Shown here: one piece after another, positions 36,700 through 50,550 of the stretch
How positions within the stretch are numbered: position 1 is the first letter of the stretch
Layout of the letters: the number at the start of each line of letters is the position of its first letter
Assembly: GCF_006345805.1 (NCBI RefSeq)
Contig: NW_021834283.1
Span: 3,619-67,618, forward strand
Direction: 5' to 3'
Source: Octopus sinensis
Lineage: Eukaryota
DNA length: 64,000 nucleotides
The notes under the pieces: model-generated
Databases searched by the model: none
Seen by the model: only the letters and a program-made list of their open reading frames with translations
Told to the model about the DNA's origin: nothing
Made by a program: the position numbers and the translations under genes

Positions 36700-37282
36700 C
36701 TAATTGTTTTTTTTTATCACTCCCGAAAGGATGACAAACAAAGCCGACTTTGACAATATTTGAACTTAGAATGTAAAGAGTCGGAAAGAATACCACTAGG
36801 CAATTTTCTTATTTCTTTATTGCCCACAAGGGGCTAAACATAGAGGGGACAAACAAGGACAGAAAAAGGGATTATGTCGATTACATCGACCCCAGTGCAT
36901 AACTGGTACTTAGTTTATCGACCCCGAAAGGATGAAAAGCAAAGTCGACCTCGGCGGAAGTTGAACTCAGAACATACAATTTTATCAACAGAAGGAATAT
37001 TAGCAGACGAAATACCGCAAAGCACTTCGCCCGGCGTGCTAACGTTTCTTATTTCTTTATTGCCCACAAGAAGCTACACGCAGAGGGGACAAACAAGGAT
37101 AGACAAAGGAATTAAGCCAATTACATTGACTCCAATGTGTAACTAGTACTTATTTAATCGACCCCGAAAGGATGAAAAGCAAAGTCAACCTCGGCGGAAT
37201 TTGAACTCACAACGTAACGCAGACGAAATACCGCTAAGCATTTCGCCCGGCGTGCTAACGTTTCTGCCAGCTCGCCGCCTTG
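36700..37282 (-). mobile_element. Cluster of SINE family A copies
   Basis: Three body motifs (gaaaggatg...gtcgac) and two heads. Confidence 0.82.
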
Positions 37283-37926
37283 ACAATTTTTTTCCCAGCC
37301 AAACACCGTAAGTGGAAAGAAAAGTAAATGCAAAAAAGAATAAGAATAAAAAGAGAAGTTTAAAAAAGAAATAAGTAGAAAAGAGGAGAAGTGGTGAATG
37401 ATAAAAGGAACAAATAAGAAAATAAATGAACGAATAGAAGTAGAAAGTAAGAAGAGAGGAGTCTTGGAAAGAAGAAAGAGAGGAAGAGGACGAAGTAAAA
37501 GAAGAGAAAATGAGGAAAAAATGAAAGGAGACCAAAGAAGGAAGAAAAAAACAAAAAGTAAAGAAAAAAGAAATAGAAGAAAAAAGAACATTAAATGAAG
37601 GAACAAATCCAAGACAGTGATGATGATGATGTTGATGATGATTATGACGATGATGATGATGATGTTGGTGATGATTATGACGATGATGATGATGATAATT
37701 AGAATGGTGATGAAGTGAGAGAAGATGAAAAAAGAGGAGCAGGAGGAGGAGAAGACAAATGCGAGGAGAGATGGACGAATCAAAACGTTTGCCAATAACT
37801 TGACCATTTTAATTGACTGAGAGATCTTAATTAAAATTGTGTTTATCGTAGATAATCCTTGCAACTTAAACATTTAATTACTGTTTTTCTGTCTTTGCAC
37901 ATTGTGTGTGTGTTGTTGTGCACGCG

Positions 37927-37992
<66 letters not shown>

Positions 37993-38182
37993 ATATCTAT
38001 ATATTAATATATACATATATATATATATTATATATATATATAATACACACACACACATACACATATATTCTTTTCTTTTACATGTTCAGTAATTTGACTG
38101 CGGCTACGCTGGACCACCGCCTTGACTACACACACATATATATACAGTATATGTATATATATATTATGTATAGTGTGTCGTG

Positions 38183-38229
<47 letters not shown>

Positions 38230-38700
38230 GTGTTGTGGTGTGTTGTGTTGTGTGTGTTGTATATGTATATATTTATATATTTGTATGTATATGTATGTAT
38301 GTATCTATCAATATATATATATTTACATATATAAGCACAAGTATACAAATTATAACACACACATATTCACAATACAATAACCACACACATGCACACACAC
38401 ACACGCACACACGAAGAGATACATTGTGCTTCAATTATTTGGTTATATGGTGTACAGTAATTAAACATTGTCTCATGTAGAACTCAATACAAGATGTAGA
38501 GTAAATAAATCTACACCATAAAAAGACGTAGTTTCGAGTGTACTATTTTACGTACGTATGTATGTATGTGTGTGTATGTATGTATGTATGTATGTATGTA
38601 TGTATGTATGTATGTATGTATGTATGTATGTATGTATGTATGTATGTATGCTTGTAACTATGTATGGCTACATATCTTATGTAATGAATCTATCTATCTA

Positions 38701-38731
<31 letters not shown>

Positions 38732-38900
38732 ATCTATCTATCTATCTATCTATCTATCACTATTTATAATGTATGCCGGCATACATACATATATTTACGT
38801 ATGTATTTGTTTGCACACACATGCACGCGCGCACACACACGCGGATATCTGTATATGTACTGAGAGAACATGAGGAAATATATCGCTGCTTATCTTCAAT

Positions 38901-38934
<34 letters not shown>

Positions 38935-39064
38935 CGTGTGTGTGTGTGTATGTTTATACACACACATATATATACATATATACTTTGCATGTATCACGTA
39001 CTCGCATTGTTTTTTTCTTGACTTTTTTCTCCGTTTCTTTTTAACACATACACACATATAAACA

Positions 39065-39143
<79 letters not shown>

Positions 39144-39225
39144 GAACATATTTATACATACATATATACGTGTTTCTGAATGTGTTCATGTTTACACGTG
39201 TGTGTTGTGTTGTATGTATGTATAT

Positions 39226-39269
<44 letters not shown>

Positions 39270-39633
39270 TTTACAAACTGCTTTTTCTATATATTTCCTC
39301 GCATCTTTTATATATTATCCAATACTATTCATGAACAAATTTACAATTCATATCTCATTTTTCTGTGTTCCGCTGACTTCCTTAATGTTCTGTTGAGTTT
39401 GTATCAAAAACGCAAAGAAAGGAAAGCTATTGAGAAAGAGAGAGATTGAGAGGGAGGGAAAGAAAAAAGAGACAGAAGAAGAAAGAGAGAAATAAATTTT
39501 GAGATATACTGAAAGAGGGAGAGAGAGTGTGAAAGAGTGGAAGAGAGAGATAAGGAGAGAGAAGGGAGAAAAAGTGATATAGAAAAAGAGAAGGGGAGAG
39601 AGATGAGGAGAGAGAAAGGGAGAGAGAAAGAAA

Positions 39634-39669
<36 letters not shown>

Positions 39670-39869
39670 CAATAAGACAATGGCTGAAGAAAGAAAATCT
39701 CCAGAAATGTTCGAAAATCTACCGAAAAGCGGCAAGTATACGAAATTACTACCGGGAATCGTTTATCTGATCCGAAAAGATCTGGTTCTTTTATGTGAAA
39801 TCTTGTTTTGCCACATATTTTGTTTATTCTTTTATATATAACGTATTATTAGTCAGTTTTTAGGGAGGC

Positions 39870-40413
39870 AATGGTTTTATTTATTGTTTTTGTTGCATCA
39901 GCTATATCGTAACATTTTCTAACACAAACGCAGGGAGAGCAAACGCCGAATCTGTGGAAAAGTAGATGAAAGTATCAACCGTCTCTTGAATGAATGCAGA
40001 AAGCTAGCACAAAAAAGAGTTTAGGCGCAGGCATCACTGCGTGGCTAAACAGTGCATTAGCACGTTAGCAAAGTGAGTGGTTTCGAAATATCAGAAAAGG
40101 CTGTGACAGTGAATAAGAATATTTCGGAATTTTATTGGAAATTTTATGGGACTTCTCCATTAACACTGACCATACTTAGCCAGAGCGATGGAGAGATTAT
40201 AGATGACTAAGACTACAGTTGTTCATGTGGTAATCGATGCGATTGGCACAACACCCAAGCTTCTACCTAAGCGACTGGAAGATATTATAACTGAGGATCG
40301 CATTGCTTCGGTCTGCAGAAAAGTGCAATCCGGTATCCTACAAGAATTCTAAAAAGGAGTCTTGACATTTGAGGAAACTTGTCACCAAACACCAAGACAA
40401 CATCCCTGCTAAC
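39870..40413 (+). mobile_element. Degenerate R4/Dong-like LINE 3' fragment ending in (TAA)n
   Basis: KRRICGKVDESINRLLNECRKLAQ..RRRH (eroded CCHC/RHD), ILWDFSINTDH, VVIDAIG; TAA array follows. Confidence 0.7.
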
Positions 40414-40425
40414 TAATATAATATA

Positions 40426-40494
<69 letters not shown>

Positions 40495-42378
40495 TAATAA
40501 TAATAATAATAATGGTTTCAAGTTTTGGTACAAGGTATCAGTTGTAGTGTGAAAGGCAGTTGATTATATTGACCCCAGCATTTGGTTGATATTTTGTTTT
40601 TATTGATCCTGGATAAATTAAAAGCAAAGTTGACCTCAGCAGGATTCGAACTCAAAAGATAAGGAGTCGGAAGAAATACTGCAAAATATTTTTACGACTC
40701 TCTAACGATTCTGCCACACCGTTGCCTCTAATATTGTTTCTAATTAGGCTTAAAACCAGAAGCTTTAGAGAAGGTTGTGGGTCGATTACAACGATTCCAG
40801 TACTTGTCTGATAGCTTACTTTATTGGCCCAGATGGAACGAATGTATGTAGTATGTATGTATGTATGTATGTATGTATGTAGTATGTATGTATGTATGTA
40901 TGTATGTATGTATGTATGTATGTATGTATGTATGTATGTATGTATGTATGTATGTATGTATGTATGTATGTATGCATGCATGTATCTATCTATCTATATA
41001 TACATGTATGCATGTCATTGTTCAGTTTTATTTCAAGATTTCTTGCCTATAGAGAAAGGGCCGGTTTCTAACCTAGATCCAAGGCTCCTTCACTGGAATT
41101 TCAACATAAACAACGAGGTATTTTTGTATGTATGTATATGTGCAGATTTTTATGTATGTTTGTATGTAAGTATATATGTATGTGTATATGTATGTATGCA
41201 CATATGTATGTGTGCATGTGTGTGTGTGTGAGTGTGTGCATGTGTGTGTGTGTGTGTGTGTGTGTGTAGTGAAAGTTGTATGGGTGTGCACTTGTAATTG
41301 TAGCTGTACATGAAAACAGAAAAGAAACGATTAACTTATAACGAACGTATATCTCGGGAATATCTTTACAGGTTGTCATTGAAAAAAAAAAAAAAAAAGG
41401 AAATCATTCCATGTTTGAACATATCAAGCAGATTAAGATATATATCCGAACTGCAAAGGAAGAAATATATCTTTGCTCGACAAGAACAATCCTAAAACCG
41501 AACAAAAGAAAAAAGAAAAAAAAAAGAAAAGATCGTTATTTTAACTGCTTTAAAATCTCTAAATCTCTATAGAAAAAATAAAGATGGCGATATTAGGTTT
41601 GTTAGGAGAGACTAAGAAATGAGGACACAAGATGAAACAAGGAAACAAAACAAAAATAACTTGCTCAAGCATTCTTAAAAAAATATTAAGTTGCAGATGC
41701 AGTCGGTATAGTATCATCGATTTAATCAGACGATATTACACTGGAAATATATATCATTCGCGACGGTGATAGGGGTCATATATGGAGAATGGGAGAGGGC
41801 TTACAATTGAAGAGAGCCAACGTCATTGAGGATTATGGAAAAATGTGGGTCGACTGAGGCTTCAGCGGAAAATTAAGGGAATACAAAGGGCTCATGTTGC
41901 CCTAGTAACTAAATTGGTGATATACCAAAATGGTGTTTTACGCTGAAGCCATCATTAAGAAATGGTCGACAGGTTGGAAACGTTTGGTATTGGCTGAAAA
42001 TTGGTTTCAAATTTTAATACAAGATCAGTAAGTTTGGAGGGGTGGGGGAGCAAGTCAATTTCATCGACCCTAGTGTTCAATAGATACTCATTTTATAGAT
42101 CCCAAAAGGATGAAAAGCAAATTGACCTCGGCGGAATTAAATATATAATATGATATGAAATTACAAAATTATGACAATATAAACAAAATCTAAATCTACA
42201 GGTACAACTTAGAACATAACCCCTGTGGTAATATGTCAGAGCATTATGACAAAGGAATATCTAAAAAGGCTCGATGTCAAGAAGAACCACAAAACAATGC
42301 ACAAGAGTACAGGAAGAGTACAATGAAAATAAAAGTACAAAATACGTAATCTCGCTGTTAGGAAGGAAGAAAGAAATA

Positions 42379-42865
42379 CCGTAAATCCTCGAGTATAATC
42401 CGTATTTCCCCCCAAAATTTAAAGGTCAAAATCCCTAGTGCGTATTATATACAAGGTTAAAAATGAAAATTATTTTCTAAGCAATGTTCGAGTCTCTATT
42501 TGCTGTCCGGCAATGTTTATTCAGACGCATTTTGTGATATCGGGCGCGAAGATACCTTAAGCTAAGCCTGAAAGCAATGAAGTCATAAAAGAATCATCCA
42601 TAACTTGCAGTACGCAACATTTATTAAAATAAAAGTATTCAGAACACAGAATAACAATTTGAAAACATATTTACATTCCCATATAACAGTTAAGAACATC
42701 ACCATTATTGTATTAAGCATGCGCGGAAGTGTTTTTTCGACTAGGTGCTGCTAGTTTAATTACGCACGTCTCAAGTTAGAAAAAGGGTGCGTATTATACA
42801 CAAGGTTTAGGTTTTTCAGAAGTACAGCCCACTAAAAATGGCAGACTATACTCGAGGATTTACGG
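42379..42865. mobile_element. pogo/Tigger-type MITE
   Basis: TA|ccgtaaatcctcgagtataatc ... gactatactcgaggatttacgg|TA. TIRs match 21/22; subterminal direct repeat gtgcgtattatayacaaggtt. Confidence 0.88.
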
Positions 42866-43784
42866 TAAATGTTTTGGACAATGTACACCGTATATCTACT
42901 GTTTCTTGATTGCATCGCAAACAAATTATTCTTAATAGTCTTAATATTCTACACATCTGGGATTAATAATCGCGTCACCTTTCAGTCACAATACTGCCGT
43001 GCTCCTTGACATGTCACAACAGTGATAAACACATCTGCCTTGATACACTGACCTTTCACATCACCCTACAACATGCTTCAGGATGTCACGGTGCAAGAGA
43101 GGTTATGCCACCCGGTTAGTATGGTAACTAAGATAAAAAAGAAAGACAGTAGAGCAACGAAAGTTTTGAGAGTGAAAGAAGACTCAACTCAAATGCGGAA
43201 GAATTGACTGTGGGAGTGAAACAAAGAGCACAAGTCAACCAAAAGAGAATCAAAGCTACACCACTAGTGGAACAACAATAAGGCATCAAATTAAACGTAT
43301 GGGGAAGGTTTTCGTGACACTAAACAAACACTAAGGCAAGCATAACTCCAGCAATTTTGCACCAACATCTATACAGCCTACGTTACTCTATACTTAAATA
43401 CACTATGGCGTTTCAGATCACGTCTCTTAAGGAGGGGCCGTTATAATAACCACTTTGTAAGTAAACGATGAATTAAATATACTCTATCCTATTTTTAAAG
43501 TTGGCTTCTATAATTGTGGAGTACAAGGATTACGTGATAGGAATTTACACGCACGCATACATATAAATAAGCATGCATTTAAAGATTAAATAGAAATGTC
43601 CATATTCACATAGATATGTATACAAACACATACACGGATATATATACAAACGTGTTTTGGACAACTTCTTACAGATAGGAGAAATAGATATTTTATGTTA
43701 TTTCATTTAAGGCCGAGAATCTATATCAGTAATTCAAAGGCTTAGAGTTTTGTGTTAAGGTACTTATTAAATGAAATCTGTCTG

Positions 43785-43931
<147 letters not shown>

Positions 43932-44635
43932 GTCTGTCTGTACGTCCGTCCGTCCGTGCGTCCGTCTGTCTGTCTGTCTGTCTGCAAGCCTGTCTGTCTG
44001 TCTGTCTGTTTAGCAGTTTGTATTTCACTTTTTGCTCCTCTTTCTCCTATCCACTCTCGCTCTCTCAATATATGTGTACGTGTGCGTTCACACTCACAAG
44101 CACACAACACACACGCACACACACTCACACACACACACTCATATATTTAGGTATAGGCGTGGCAGTGTGGCAGGAAGCTTGCTTCCCAACCACATGGTTC
44201 CAGGCTCAGTCCCACTGCGTGACGCTTTTCACAAGTGCTTCTACTATAACCCCGGCCGACCAAAAGACTTGTGAGTGAATATGACAGACAGAAACTGAAA
44301 GAAACTTAGTACTTATTTTATCGGTCTCTTTAGCTGAACTAAGTCACGAGGACGTAAACACATCAATATCGAGTATTAAGCAGTGATGGGGGGGGGGCAA
44401 ACACAAAGACACACACACACGATGGGCTTCTTTTAGTTTCCGTCTACCAAATTCAAATCTACCCACAAGGCTTTGGTCAGCTCGAGGCTATAGTAGAAGA
44501 CACACACTGTTGTCCAAGATGCCATGGAAGGGGATTGAACCCGGAACCATGTGGTTGGGAAGCAACGCCTGAGCTCTTGAAAATAATAAAAATTATAATT
44601 TTCTGTCATTTATTCTAAATATATGTGACTTATGT

Positions 44636-44930
44636 AGAGGCACATGGCCTAGTGGTTAGTGCAGTGGACTCGCAGTCGAGGGATCGCGGGTTCGAATCTC
44701 AGACCGGGCGATGTGTGTATTTATGAGTGAAACACCTAAGCTCCACGCGGCTCCGGCACAAGGTAATGGCGAATTTCTGCTAACTCTTTCCCCACAACTT
44801 TCTCTCACTCTTTCCTCTTGCTCACCTGCGACGGACCGGCATTCCCGTCCAGGTGGGAAACTTATACGCCAAGGAAACCGGGAAGCCTTATGAGCCAGGC
44901 ATGACTCGAGAAGGAACAAACATATGTTAC
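44636..44930 (+). mobile_element. SINE family C, tail type 3
   Basis: gaggcacatggcctagtggttagtgcagtggactcgc...ggttcgaatc; tail ends gagaaggaacaaac. Confidence 0.88.
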
Positions 44931-45079
44931 TCATAAGGATCATTTTAGCCCATTATGTGTATACATTCAAGATATAACCACCTGTTACTGTGGAGTGGAT
45001 CTATATTTTTGATGCTTTATGTGTCATACCTTTCTATACGTTATATACAGAAATATACGTATGCATTTAAAAGATATAT

Positions 45080-45236
45080 AAATATAGTAGCTTGCTTACC
45101 AACCACACGGTTCCGGGTTCAGTCCCACTGCATGGCACACTGGGCAAGTGTCTTCTACTATAGCCTCGGGCCGACCAAAGCCTTGTGAGTGGATTTTGTA
45201 GATGGAAACTGAAAGAAGACCGTCGTATATATGTTA

Positions 45237-45304
<68 letters not shown>

Positions 45305-45535
45305 GTGTGTGTATATGTTTGTGTGCCTGTGATTGTCCCCACAACATCGCTTGACAACTGATGGTGGTGTGTTTACATTCCCGTAACTTAGGGGTTCGGC
45401 AAAAGAGAGACCGATAGAATAAGTACTAGGCTTACAAAGAATAAGTCGTGGGGTCGATTTGCTCGACTAAAGGCGGTGCTCCGACATGGCCGCAGTCAAA
45501 ATGACTGAAACAAGTAAAAGAGTAAAAGAGTAGAA
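45080..45535 (+). mobile_element. SINE family B, near full length
   Basis: ccgggttcagtcccactgc...gactgaaacaagtaaaagag. Confidence 0.88.
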
Positions 45536-46070
45536 GAGTATACATACACGCGCGCACGCAGACACACACACACACATATACACACACATACATATATAAT
45601 TCTTAAACAAGAATAGTGTTACAGCGACTTGGAAGTTTCGTCCAGCTAAGCATCGAGGGACGATAGGTTAGCTGGCTGAGACTTCGAAGTCACTGTCGAT
45701 AATGATCTTCTTTAAGAATAATGAACTTGTACTCTACAAAAGTATAGAGTAACCTATCAAATTAACGTACGATTATTTTTAGTATAACTGAACACAAAAA
45801 CAGACATTAACACACACACACACATTATATAGAGAGTTGTCAGAAGAATTTATTGATTTTTTCCCCCCAGTTTATTTTAAACCTTTCCAATGTCATTTGA
45901 ATTAACAAGAAAAATATTTTTATCTAATGTTTTATATTTCGTTTGTTGTAGCTCCAGTCTTGCTCTACAACATTTATTTATCGTTTTGGAAATTGAAATA
46001 AATTTTAACTCGAAGTGCCAAGTAAAAAAAAACAAAAAAAAAACCAAATTTATCTAAGAATTATATATAT

Positions 46071-46132
<62 letters not shown>

Positions 46133-46198
46133 CTCTGTGTTTGTGTGTGTGTCCGTCCGTGTGCGTGCGTATATATATATATATGTGTGTGTATATAA

Positions 46199-46287
<89 letters not shown>

Positions 46288-46320
46288 AATGTATATATAT
46301 GTGCGTGTATGTAAATGTAA

Positions 46321-46830
46321 GCCTCACAAAGAAGATCATCTCGTTGCGACAGCTCAGCTGCTGGGAATGGCTGAAATAGCTAAGACTGGAGCGAAGGTGG
46401 GAGAGATATGCAGTAATATATATCTGGAGGTTCCTGGAAGGAATTGTACCAAATTTTGTCATTGAAAGCTATACCAATGCCAGGACGGGTCGACACTGCA
46501 CAGTGCCAAAAGATCCCACCAATGCCTTCGCGCTTCAGGACCAGTTACTGCAACAGCTTGGGTTTCAGGGGCCTACAGCTTTTTAATATTCTCCTAAAGA
46601 ACCTGAGGGACCTACACAAAGTGGATGTAGGTGTTTTCAAATCAATACTGGACTTCTTCTTGTTGAGAGTCCTAGATGAACCTACCACGCGGCAAGAAGT
46701 GTAATTGAGGGTAGTGACATCAAACTCCCTTATTCACCAAATTCCACATATTAGAGGGGGCTCTCAATAATAACAGTGTAGCAAAAACAGCGGTTCCTCA
46801 GCATGGCCGCAGCTCTGAGCTGAAACTATA
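46321..46830 (+). mobile_element. CR1-type LINE 3' fragment with terminal stem-loop
   Basis: [28 protein letters not shown]...GIVPN...NSLGFRGLQLFNIL...FKSILDFFLLRVLDEP...SNSL; ends gcatggccgcagctctgagctgaaact. Confidence 0.85.
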
Positions 46831-46841
46831 ATATACACACA

Positions 46842-46905
<64 letters not shown>

Positions 46906-47005
46906 TATATATATATATATATATGTGTGTGTGTATGTGTAGACTTTATTAAAAAGCAACAAAAACATCACAAAGACTGTTACTCAGAGTTTCACGTTCT
47001 GGTTC

Positions 47006-47240
47006 TTGTTTCTTTATTGCACACAAGGGGCTAAACATAGAGGGTACAAACAAGGACAGACAAAGGGATTATGTCGATTACAACGACCCCAGTGCGTCAC
47101 TGGTACTTAATTTATCGACCCCAAAAGGATGAAAGGCAAAGTCGACCTCGGCGGAATTTGAACTCACAAAGTAACGGCAGACGAAATACCGCTAAGCATT
47201 TCGCCCGGCGTGCTAACGTTTCTGCCAGCTTGATACCTTA
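47006..47240 (-). mobile_element. SINE family A inserted into a hammerhead motif
   Basis: Flanked by acgttctggttc (46994-47005) and acgttcttgttc (47241-47252), a likely 12-bp TSD. Confidence 0.82.
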
Positions 47241-47341
47241 ACGTTCTTGTTCGTCAAGAATTTGTAAAATTCCGAAATTTATAAAATTCCGAAATAAGAG
47301 TAAAGACAGCTCTTAGCCACAATAAAGCTTATAAATAGCAG

Positions 47342-47389
47342 GTCTTACAGCTGTTTCCAGGATATTTATTATATCCCTTCATCGAAGAC
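47342..47389 (-). ncRNA. Hammerhead-like motif (UCGAUGA core), left arm of an inverted repeat
   Basis: GUCU-UCGAUGA-AGGGAUAU(AAUAA)AUAUCCUG-GAAA-CAGCUG-UA|AGAC. Confidence 0.6.
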
Positions 47390-47451
47390 GGTGTGAGAAA
47401 ATGGTTAAGCAATTATCTAAATTAACTATTGCTTAACCATCTTCTCACACA

Positions 47452-47481
47452 GTCTCCGATGAAGCGAAACAGCTATAAGAC
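47452..47481 (+). ncRNA. Hammerhead-like motif (CCGAUGA core, helix II reduced), right arm
   Basis: GUCU-CCGAUGA-AGC-GAAA-CAGCUA-UA|AGAC. Confidence 0.5.
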
Positions 47482-47563
47482 CTGCTATTTATAATGTTCT
47501 AAAATGTTCACAGCCTTGGTTTTTTTCTCATTCTGAAGAAGAAATTTATATATATATATATAT

Positions 47564-47595
<32 letters not shown>

Positions 47596-48369
47596 ACACA
47601 CATACATGTGTGTGTGTGTGTGTGTGCGTGCAATGTACGCGTACTGTTTTTTCCTATTTGTGTTGTTTACCTACTCATTTGTATTCCGATACCGTTTTAG
47701 GTTCCCATCATAGGTCTGTCTGTTTGTCTGACAGTCTGTGTTTGATTTCTTCCTTTCCTTCCTTCCCTCCTGCCTTCCTTTCTGTCTTTGTTTACTTTAT
47801 GAGTTCGATCGTCCATCCAACTTTTCCTCCGTTGCCGTTATCATTTTTTTTTTTTGCTTTCTCAGGAATGACATCCAACTAAGCTGGCTTAACTTCTTAA
47901 TTCCATAATGTTTGGCTCTTCTCAGCTTTGGAATTTACCCTCCTTCGCAGAATTTTTTCCAGAATTTTCTCGTCTCTTCCCATTTCCCCACACAGATATA
48001 TTCTTTATTTGCACTTAATTGCTTTCGTTCTTAATCACTTTCAACTATGACATGTGTATACCGTATGTGTGAGTTTGTGTTGGCGGTGTGTTTATGGATT
48101 CCAGTAAAGCATTAGAGAAGCAGTTACTGTGTTCTGTTTCAATATTTTATTGTACTACAGAACAGATCTATCCATAACTATGGTATATCTATTGATATAT
48201 GTATACTTTATATCATATCCATTGGCATACCTAATCTTAACTATGGTATATCTGTTGGCAAAATTCGAGGCAGAATCTGTCATGGTCAATGCGACGATCA
48301 CACGCTACACACTTTCCTTCCAAGCACTGCTGTAAACAGCAGAAGTGACCCAGATAGTTAAAACTTAGT

Positions 48370-48414
<45 letters not shown>

Positions 48415-49124
48415 ATATATATTTATATACATATATACATACATGCATATATATATGTACATATATGTATATATTTACGCGCGCGTGTGTGTATTTGTGT
48501 CTGTTTGCCCCCTCACCGTCACTCGAAAAACGATGTTGGTGTGTTTACATCCCCGTAAGTTAGCGGTTCAGCAAAAGAGAACGATAGAATAAGAACTAGG
48601 CGTACAAAGAATAAGTCCTGGGGTCGATTTCTTCGACAAAAACACCCTTTAAGGCGGTGCTCCAGCATGGCCGCAGTCAAATGACTGAAACAAGTAAAAG
48701 AATAAAAGAATAGAAGGATGCGTGCATCCATGTACTATGCACATGTTTCTATGCAAATATGTAGGTGCATGTGTGCATGCATGTTTGTATGTATGCCTTT
48801 TATTACACGTATATAAAATTCATTAGAAAAGAACACAAAGGACTTGACAGAACAGAGGAACCCACTAAAATCTACCTCCCTCTGTTATTTTACTTTAACA
48901 TAATACCCAAACATCACCAGAAATCTCTTCACATGCACTCACATGTACCTAAGCATACACACAAGTATATACACACGTATACATACTCACACTCATTCTT
49001 TTCTTTTCCCTTCTTTTCTTTGTGTCTGTGTGCCATTAGTTTCCATTCTCTTTCATTCTCTTTCTTTCTCTTTCTTTCTTTCTTTCTTTCTTTCTTTGTT
49101 TCTTTCTTCCTCCTTTCTTTCATA

Positions 49125-49290
49125 TCTATTATATAAAATCCGTTCTGTCTGTGTGTGTGTCTTCTATGATCTCGGGCATCCTCCATCCGATTGCGCTCAA
49201 TTTTGATATGTAGATACCGACGGTATCAGGGCGTGTATAAGTCTTGAAAAAATTACAAAAATCGATTCCAGGTGAGAATGTGATTGATGA
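49125..49290 (+). mobile_element. Helitron-like 5' end, truncated
   Basis: A|TCtattatataaaatccgttctgtctgtgtg start resembles the other Helitrons; no CTAG end found. Confidence 0.55.
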
Positions 49291-50317
49291 ATCCGTGGGA
49301 ACGTGTATTTGTATGCGCAAGTACATCAGTCGAAATCCGTCTTTTGCTGGTGTCTCAAATTTAGGTTAGATCAGTGTTTCACAAAAGAGAGGCCTATGAG
49401 AGGTCGGACAAGTTGTTTTGAGGAAATTTGGTTTAAATGTTTGACAACTCAGCACCGTCCATTGGACGGGGGACGTTTTGCTCGTGCACATACATACATC
49501 AATGTTTGTTATAATATTTTATTTAAAAACTGATGCATTGCTACGCGCTTCCGTATCTCTGTTTCAGTTGATGTATTGATGTGTGCGTATAAATGAATTT
49601 CCGTTTGCTGATGTGTGTCTGCATAGCAGTGATACGGGTGTCTACACGTATGCGTTTATGCGTGAAATCGACTGAATATAATTTTTGTTATTAGATGTGC
49701 ATAAAATCAGCCAGGTGTTAAAAGGATATTTAAAACTAAAGCGTCATCCAGAGCAGTTTATGATGTCATCTCTTTATGACGTCACATATGCAAATTTGTG
49801 AAAAAAACGTTACAAAATTGCTTAACTATTCACCCGCCATATTTGCTAGTGTTTGGAAGCCAACTTCTTGCAGTTTGCTATTCAATACATTGTTTGCGTT
49901 AATATATTTACTAATCTTCGTTTTTCATTTCTTGTTTCATAAATGTCCGAACGTATCGACCGTCAAGGTTTCGTCGCCCTCCTTGGTGCAGGGATCCGAA
50001 GGAGGCTACACCCTATGGCCTCTTGTCTTCGCCGTCCAAAAACATCTGATGACGTCATATCAGATACTTCAACGATACTCAAGCCGGAAGAGTTCGCTAA
50101 GTTTAACAACTTCAATGGCTTTCATCTCTTTCTTTCCCCCCTCTCTCTGTTTGTACACACTCATACATAAACACACACGCATATAAATATGTGTGTGTGA
50201 GCGCGCGTGTGAATGTGTGTGTGTGGTATTAATTTGTAGGCGTGTACATGAGCATGTGTATATCTTGACTGATAAAGTTGGAGTTCGATACTACTTGGTA
50301 GAATAAGCCTGTATAGT

Positions 50318-50550
50318 AAGGCGGTGAGCTGGCAGAAACGTTAGCACGTCGGGCGAAATACTTAGCGGTATTTCGTCTGCCGCTACGTTCTGAGTTCAAA
50401 TTCCGCCGAGGTCGACTTTTCCTTTCATCCTTTCGGGGGCGATTAAATAAGTACCAGTTACGTATTGGGGTAGATGTAGTCAACTTAATCCGTTTGTCTG
50501 TCCTTGTTTGTCCCCTCTGTGTTTAGCCCCTTGTGGGCAATAAATAAATA
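50318..50550 (+). mobile_element. SINE family A monomer
   Basis: taaggcggtgagctggcagaaacgttagc ... gtgggcaataaataaataag. Confidence 0.9.
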
